Assembly (NCBI RefSeq): GCF_032062105.1
Contig: NW_026940997.1
Coordinates: 496,001-560,000, forward strand
Origin: Saccostrea cucullata
Lineage: Eukaryota
DNA length: 64,000 nucleotides
Reading direction: 5' to 3'
Both the position numbers and the translations under genes were made by a program. Under the pieces are notes generated by a model. The model was given only the letters and a program-made list of their open reading frames with translations, had not been told where the DNA came from and ran no database searches. Positions 52,301 to 64,000 of the stretch are shown one piece after another (positions within the stretch are counted from its first letter, which is position 1; each line of letters starts with the position of its first letter).

Positions 52301-55300
52301 ACAATCTTTAAAACTAAGAATATACCATTAGTTCAGAAAAGCATTTCAGGTTTAAAAAATATCTGAAAGTATGTAATCAAATCATTTCTTTATCATATTT
52401 CTGAATCTTATTTTAGAAGACCTTGGTGATTCATATCAAATTACAGGTAGTCTGCTTTTAAACAATTGGAATTTACTAAATGGGACTTTAAGTTTACCTT
52501 GTATTAAAATTTTTTTAATATATATTTAGTCTGGATTAAAAAAGTTTCACTGTATAATTACATAAAAAATTTCTCCGACTATAAAACCTAAATCTGAGTT
52601 GCTGATGACCTAAACTCACCACATGAGTGTCAGGATCAAAGTCAGCAAACTTTTCTTTGGTGTAAATGTTAATATTTCCTAAAGCTATCTGATATGCCTG
52701 GTCTTGTGGAATTAATCTGTTATTTGTTAAAGAAAATGTTTCAGCTTTATCTGTTCACCTCTGCTCTAAGATACAAATACATGGTACCAAACTTCTTTTT
52801 TATGTAGAACAAAAATAAAATTCTCGCTGTATATAAATACAAGTCTAGCAAAGTTGGATTATTAAAAAACAGGCTTTAAATCAACAAAATGATTGTAAGG
52901 ATACGCTCCTGCATAATGCATCTGCTTGGCATTTAGTCCCTCCTCATAAGAATTTAAGGGACGAATCCTCCTTTGAATGGGATCATAAACAAGCTGATAA
53001 AGGAATGTGTTATTGGCACGAATAAACCCCTCTATATACTCATCTGGGACTGGCAGGGACATGTTCAGGTAAGTACTAGGAAACTTCTTCAATAGCTGTC
53101 AAAAGACAAATTCAGTCAATCATATGAATAAGAGGTAAAGCTCAATGACTTTTCAATAGACAAAAAACATAGGTAATCAAAGATTACGAAGCTCACCTCG
53201 ACGAATGTTATCAGTGTAAGTAATGCAAATCTCGCATCATATTTTCTTAAGTTAGTATTTATCCTGACAACAATATTCAAGCAAGTTCTGTTTAAAAAGG
53301 AATTAAAGTTCACTGGGGATTGACCTGTTCCAAAAACTAGGTCAGATCTAGCATCAGAAGCAAGTCTGGTAGTGTCCCTGGATGCATCATTCATGCAATT
53401 TTAGTCCGGGTAGGGCTTATAGTTACTTGGGAATGGACCTGCTCCAAAATGTAGGTCAGACCCAGCATCTGAAGCAAGTCTTGTAGTGTCATCAATGCAA
53501 ATTTGGTCCAGGTAGGGCTTATATAAATACTAGGGAATGGACCTGCTCCAAAAACTTTAACCTGGTCACTCATCTGGAAAATGTAGGTCACATCCAGCAT
53601 CCGAAGCAAGTCTGGCAATGTCCATCCCTAGATGCATCATCCATGCAAGTTTGGTCCGGGTAGGGCTTATAGTTACTTGGGAATGGACCTGCTCCTCAAA
53701 CTTTAACCAGGACGCCGATGCTAACGCTGACGTCGAGGGTATAGCATAAGCTCATCTCTACTTCGTCGAGGGGAGCTAAAAAAATGTTAAAATATATCAA
53801 AAAGTGAAAACCAATAATCAAAGATATCAAAATACAAACAAAAGATGTTTGTAAAAACACTTATTGCCCCCATCCAAATAATTGGGATTTTTCTATAAAA
53901 TAATTGGGATTTTTATATTTCCAAGAAGCACACCTGTCAAAAATTACCTAGACCATACCAAAAAATAAACTTGACCTAGATATTCTTATGATAAATTTCA
54001 TTTTAGTGTGTACCTGATAGATCCTCTGCAAGGAAGAGCAAACAATTTTGAAGAAAAGTTATGCCCCTTAGACTTTGAAACTTTCAAAAAATTTTCAGTT
54101 TCTGTTCATTTTCTTTGCAGAGGTTGTGCATACTGGAATGGAATTTCGTATACAAATTAATAATAAGAATATCAAGGTCAATTCTGTTTTGGGTAAAATC
54201 GGGCAATATTGGACAGAGTTATGTCCCTTGGACTTTGAAAAATTCCAATAATTTTCAGTTGCTGTTCATTTTCTTTGCAGAGTAGTGTTTCACAAACACC
54301 TCTTGTTCATGTTTTATTTTTACCAGTTTGAGATCAGATTGTCTTGCACGTTTAAAGACTTTTGCTGCCTTTCCCAGCCCAATTCCTGGTAAAGAGGACA
54401 GGTAATCACAGCCAGAGAGAATACACATGTAGCGGAATTTCTCAAAAGTGTAAAACCCACTCTGTATCTCCATCACTTCATTTAGTCGACTCTGCTCTAT
54501 CAGAACACCATTCCCAAAATGATCCATCTTAAACAGCACCTGTTATGTGTTGGAACGATGAAAATTATGTAACTAGATTTGCTCAATTGATATGAACTTA
54601 ACTGTGTATAAAAATATTTGAGACTTTAGGAAATTCACTCCTAGTCCTCAAAGAATAAATCAATTTTTTAAAGTTCTGTTGGTTCAAAGTCTAGCATATA
54701 TTATGAATTGGTAAAGTACAATTATATAAGCATGTATGTACATGCTTTTATGTCTTATTTGTCACAGGTGGTGAAAAATCAAGTCTCAACCGGGACTCAA
54801 ACCCAGGTCCTCTAGCATACCTTGCCATCACTCTAGCCATTGAGCTACTGAGACCCGACATATTGACTGACTTTCACACACCTGTGAACCCAGTGACACA
54901 CATACATATACATACATGTATATATATCTGAAACATTTAGTCTCAATTACAGTTATGCATCTTTTCCTTTTGAACATACCTTTTCACAGCCGAAGAGAAG
55001 CAGATCAGAATCTTCTGTGATGATCACCTGAGCAATACCACACTTATTGAGATAGGCCAACTGGGCATCAGCCTCATAGGGAGCTACAATACAATCTACG
55101 CCCCGAGCTCTGCAGGCCTGCAATAGAAAAACAAGTGATGGGTTTCGCATAATACTTGAGTTACATCTAAACAAACATAAGTAAGCCAATACTGAGTAAA
55201 AAAGCCTATTACATTCATTAATTGAAGCGCCATGTCTGGACTGATGTCAATACATCTCTGAAGACATTCCCTGGCCTCCGCCCTTCTGCCCTCTCTCAGT

Positions 55301-56145
55301 AACTGGGCTGCCTTCTTTCTGTTAACGTCACGCTTTCTGTAAAAGAAATTTAATACATGTATTTGTTATACAGTATTTGAAAGTGTGATGATAGCAACTT
55401 CTCTCTCATTTCACAAGAAAGAAGAATATCATCTCTGCCAAAAGAGTGAATGAAATCTTTTTTGAAGAATCATGCCTCTTTATTTTTGTATTTAACCATT
55501 AGATAAGTTAAAATTTCCATACCTAAATAAAGAAATTCTAATGTTTATACATGTATATAAATCTACTCACTCCCTACGAGTTTTTTCCACTTCCTGCTTA
55601 GAAGGAAGGTGACAACCATCAAACACAAGCACAGGCTTAACGTTCTTCTTCAGGAGCATTTCAACATACTTCATGCAGTAATATACATATCTGAAAATTA
55701 AAATCCATCCAATAAAAATTGTCAATGTAGCACATTATGAAATTTAACTACCAGACGTACCAGTAGCTTAAAAATTGCAGTCAAATGCAACATTTATTGT
55801 AAAAGTTAAAATAAAATACTGCAAAATTGTGAACATCCAAACATAAAAAACAAAGAACAAGTAAATTATCCTTACATTGTATTTATTTTTTTGTTTTTCA
55901 TTCCGTCATCAATATTTCAATAGGAATTAAGCCAGTGCTTTGAATCTAAGCTATGTGTGTTGGTTTATGACAGTACACACTTACTGGTCAGTGGACTCCC
56001 CAAGAGCTAGTTTCTCCGCACAAGAGAAGGCCCCCTTGTGGAGCCAGCAGTAGGCATCTATTGCCACAGTGCAGCCCTCAAACTTTGCAATGTTGACAGG
56101 AACATGGATCTTCTTCAGAAAGGGCAATAACCCTGTAACACCCAT
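46338..56145 (-). CDS. EXO1: Exonuclease 1 (about 13 coding exons)
   Basis: [81 protein letters not shown] (MIP-like) and C-terminal PIP-like QRSIKDLF. Includes the micro-exon 47270-47246 and last exons 46983-46863 and ~46447-46338. Confidence 0.95.
47669..50677. mobile_element. Helentron/HINE-like non-autonomous element in an EXO1 intron
   Basis: Subterminal inverted repeat atacgcccgtc (47692) / gatgggcgtat (50662), 3' hairpin, (GGAC/AGAC)n tract, A-rich ends and duplicated gcgacacaccttctacc units. Confidence 0.6.
48795..50415. mobile_element. Tc1/mariner-pogo-like non-autonomous element nested in the previous element
   Basis: TA|CCGTAATTTTCGGGTTATATGTCGA ... TCGACTTATAACCCGAAAATTACGG|TA. 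Confidence 0.88.
52717..52904 (-). other. U12-type (minor spliceosome) GT-AG intron of EXO1
   Basis: 5' site GTATCCTTAC, branch site TTCTTTAAC about 10 nt from the AG, no polypyrimidine tract. Flanking exons join in frame (HYAGA|LIPQDQA). Confidence 0.9.
53260..53785. mobile_element. Helentron/HINE-like repeat, same family as 21430-22020
   Basis: Tandem units agttacttgggaatggacctgctcc..aaactttaacc and a terminal hairpin followed by agctaaaaa. Confidence 0.65.
54760..54898 (-). mobile_element. Solo tRNA-derived LTR (TRIM-like) or SINE-like unit
   Basis: TGTCAC...GTGACA termini. The minus strand has an A-box-like TAGCTCAATGG and a B-box-like GGTTTGAGTCC. Confidence 0.65.
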
Positions 56146-56668
56146 CTGTGGAGGAAAGTGAAAAAAATTAAATTATTAAAATATATTTAAAATTTTTTAT
56201 GATTTGAATCAATAAACACAATAATTAAGTAAGTAAGTCTACCAAACTGCAAATATTTTTAATCAAAACTACAATGATGAAAACTGTTGCTAGCTAGGAT
56301 ATGTCAGTCACAATTTCTTAAAAAATGATTTAATTACTATATTTCAAGGAACAAAAAATAATTTTGGGGGCATATGAATTATGACTGAAAATGAAAATGT
56401 TTTGAGCCGTAAATGGTGAAGCAACACCGCCAGCCCTACCAGCAAACAGTATTAAAAGTCTCCATGTGAAACTTAATTCTTAAATGGATCTTTGTTTGAA
56501 TTTTGATTTTGCACATTGATCATGTTTATCAAAATGATTTTTCCCACAATAACCTAGCTCTGGAAGCATTCAACTGTGCCCAAGCTTTTATAAGCCTCAT
56601 ATTATAACAAAAACTTTTTTGTGAAATATAAGACTTGTACTGTGATTACAGTCTGAAGGAAATATATG

Positions 56669-58283
56669 TATTATTGTTTTACAAACAGCGTGACAGTTTG
56701 CTTTATAGGGCGTGCTAAAATTTTGTATGCTGATTATCATTTTACTCATCGATTGGATGTTTGATTTCAATGGAATCTATAACACTTTGCATATGAAACA
56801 CAGAACCCAGCAATACCACTGACAATACTGACCAATCGTATTGAATGACATGTTTACTAGCATGCAGGGGTAACCCGAATTACCGAAATGCCCGATTTAC
56901 CGAAATGCCCCTGGGAATTACCGAAATGCCCCCTAAACTTACCGAAATACCGAAGAAATATTAATCATTCCAATTTCATGTTAAGTGAGCATGCAGAGTT
57001 CTATAGGTAAAAAATATTTTTTTTAAAAATGCAATTATGCTTAAAAAAAATTACGACACGTCTGAATACTGGTCCTACATAGTAATTGGAGCTCATGGCT
57101 AAGATATCATTGATTTAAATTATTTTGTACTTATTTTTTGATCAAAATGTTGATTACAAATAAATAAAATTAACCATCATCATAATCATTTCGTCTGATC
57201 ACTTTAAAGAAGAATTAGAAGCGGATTACGGAAAGTTAAACTACTAAAAATAATTATTTGAATTGTTTGAAAAAAGCCATATGTGAATGGGTTTTTTTTT
57301 TCGCTTTTATACATATTAAGGGCTTACTACCAGCTAAGAAATAAAAAAACTTACCTCTCCAGTGCTTTAAAAGTCGTACTCTTTCTCATAGTAATCTCGG
57401 CAAATTTTTAAATGGATAACGGTACGCAGTGGGAGACTACGTAAACCCCTGGGGTTCAGAGTTGTAAAATTTATAACCAAATAAACAAATCTATAGCACA
57501 TTAAACTTAAAAAAAATTAAGTATTAAATTAATTCAAATTATTCAGCATGTAAATTGACATCATCAAGAAAAAAATATTTCTGCAGGCTACACATGTAAT
57601 ATGAATACAAATACTACCAGAGTTATCTCTCTTAGATATTAGATAAACGAACCTTTTGAACGAAAAAAATACATTTGTAAATATTTTTTTAATTCATTTT
57701 TTGAAAATATGTATAATTAACTCACTACCTTTTATAAAAACCAACTTTTCTAAGTTTTAAAGGGGCATTTCGGTAGTTTTAGGGGGCATTTCGGTAATTT
57801 CCAGGGGCATTTCGGTAAATCAGGGGCATTTCGGTAATTCGAGGTACCGTAGCATGCAGTAAAACAACAGTTACACCTGGACAGAAAAAGCAAGTTTTAC
57901 AACCTATAATGATGATATTGATAGCTACATAGTACAACAGTAGCAGAGTAGACTTACTAATTCTGTTCTTTGAATTTTCATATACGTATATAAAACCATC
58001 CGGTCAAATCATAACAAATATAATACATGCTTTTTTTAAGGACAGAGAACGGGCTTTGACTGACCACGTGTTGCTGGTGAGTACAAATGCGCACTGGTGA
58101 ACAATCATTCAATGTGATTGGCCAGTATTCTCAGGACATTGTTGTATTCTGAGTTTCATATGCAAATTAGTGTTGATTCCATTGAAAAAAAGCATCCAAT
58201 CGATGAATAAAATGAAAATCAGCACACAAAATTTTAGCACGCCCCATAAAGCAAACTGTCATGCTGTTTGTAAAACAATGATA
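56669..58283. mobile_element. Older long-TIR element (~190-bp diverged inverted repeats) between EXO1 and YIPF4
   Basis: ttgttttacaaacagcgtgacagtttgctttatagggcgtgctaaaattttg... is mirrored by ...caaaattttagcacgccccataaagcaaactgtcatgctgtttgtaaaacaa. Confidence 0.75.
56868..57849. mobile_element. Mutator/foldback-like non-autonomous element with modular TIRs and 10-bp TSD
   Basis: TSD TAGCATGCAG (56858-56867/57850-57859). The ends are built of 4 copies of ttaccgaaatgccc / gggcatttcggtaa. Confidence 0.88.
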
Positions 58284-58580
58284 TTTTTAACCTGTGCAAT
58301 AAATACATAGGAAAAAAGATGCAGTTTATTAAAATCATTTCTTGCAACTACATCAGTACATGGTATGGCCACTTTTTGTAGCATCAGATTGATGCTACAA
58401 AAAGTGGCCATGTCATGTGTGGAAAATTGTTTATAAGTATATTGCTTTGTTTAACTGTCTTTTATTTTCATTAATTTTACCTTAATTGATTCTCACAATA
58501 ATCCCTAAGCTACTTTCAAGGCTCTTGTTACTCTGAAGTCTGTTATCAAGATTCATAAAACCATCTTCTCAAAAATCTAA

Positions 58581-58588
58581 TTTCCCGC
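58581..58588. promoter_or_regulatory. Candidate E2F site in the EXO1/YIPF4 divergent promoter
   Basis: TTTCCCGC about 180 bp upstream of the YIPF4 ATG. EXO1 is a typical E2F-regulated S-phase gene. Motif match only. Confidence 0.4.
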
Positions 58589-58768
58589 AAAATTTTCCAT
58601 AGTTTCGAATTTTGCTTTGATCTCATTTTTAATATCCCTTGATATTTTTATGTGTTAAAACTCTGTTAAAAGGATAAATTATTATTATATTAATTGTAAC
58701 ACTTTCAACAGAATATTTTGGGGGTATATATTATACAGAACTTATACGAAACTTTCGTATCAACAAAC

Positions 58769-62920
<4,152 letters not shown>

Positions 62921-63356
62921 TTCAAGTCATTGGGAATTCATTTATTCTGTATCATAGTAAAAACAGACAGTGACCTTTTTACCTATATGAGTATGTGAAA
63001 GTGGTGGATCGTATAAAGCGGGGTTATTCCAGCTCTGTATAAAGCTGACATTTTAAAAAAGCTGACAATCTGTGTACTTCAATATTTATGATGAATTCAC
63101 TTTGATACATGTATATTATGTACATTGATTTTTTTTAATATATTTATGACAAAGAAACTTTATGGTTACGACTCATTTGTACTGTCCCCCTAGGTAAAAG
63201 CACTATGTAGTGTTCACTGTAGTGAAAAGAACTTGGAATAATTTCACTGAGTACATACATAAGTTATTCAAAATGGAACAAAAATAGAACTTTTTGTTTA
63301 GAAATCTAATTATATTTTTTTTAACATATATTAAGTATATATGCAATGCATATTTA

Positions 63357-63718
63357 TGTAACAGATGATGGAAATTCAGTTTCAACCTGGACTTCGTCAG
63401 GAACTCTGTTATACCATGTCAGTGCTATTAAGATGTGATAAATTGACCGACTTTTACACACCTATGAACCCTGGTGACATATTCCCACTCTAAGTTGAAA
63501 TTCCTCTTCGATTTCAATGAGTTGGAGAGATGCTGTGAAGCATATTCTTTGGGAATAGTGAGTTTCATATATTAGAAACCAAATGTAACAGGTGATGTAA
63601 AATAAAGTCTTAACAATGTATAAACCCAAGACATCTGACATACAATGTTAGTGTTTTAACCTCTTAGCTACCAAGGCCTGATGATATTGACTTACATACA
63701 CCTGTGAACCCAGTGACA
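63357..63718 (-). mobile_element. Degraded complete TRIM-like element with tRNA-derived LTRs
   Basis: Two direct repeats TGTAACAG...GTGACA (63357-63479, 63584-63718), related to 54760-54898. On the minus strand, TTTGG follows the upstream LTR and a purine run (agagtggg) precedes the downstream LTR. Flanks are TTTA / TGTA. Confidence 0.6.
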
Positions 63719-64000
63719 TGTACCAGTACTTTACATTTAAAAAGTTACAAGAGTGATAAGAATAGTCTGGCCTTTCAGATAAAATATATTCAGGGATGTG
63801 ACCTTTTGACAGGGGATGCTTACTCCTCCATGGCGCCTGATCCCACCTCTGCTGTTTTAGAGGTCTGAGTTTGCTGTGCTCTTGATTTTTATTGGTTTAA
63901 ATTAACTTTTGAGCACGATTACTTTTTCATTCCATATTTTTCATCTGCTTTATAAGTAACACCACTCAAAATTTAATTATACAATAGCATGTATATACTT

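Overview
Eukaryotic, AT-rich, intron-containing animal DNA, probably from a bivalve such as an oyster (inferred from the repeat families). Seven conserved host genes can be assembled exon by exon: TARBP1 (-, runs off the left edge), GMF (+), AK7 (-), CCDC32 (-), LPGAT1 (+), EXO1 (-) and YIPF4 (+). They form three head-to-head pairs. Larger mobile elements are a decayed full-length Ty3/Gypsy LTR element in a GMF intron, a 5'-truncated LINE in the CCDC32 intron, and a very young tyrosine-recombinase retrotransposon between LPGAT1 and EXO1. That retrotransposon is PAT-like/DIRS order, with split direct repeats A1..B1A2..B2, gag, RT-RNaseH-methyltransferase-like pol and YR. Its pol is broken only by two nested insertions. 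It also carries an array of GC hairpins with NNAUG loops and a strong splice acceptor ahead of the YR. Other points: a U12-type (minor-spliceosome) intron and a 25-nt micro-exon in EXO1, a ~1 kb near-perfect palindrome in YIPF4 intron 1, several tRNA-derived TRIM-like relics, and many nested MITEs and satellites. All coordinates were read by eye, and no database searches were run.
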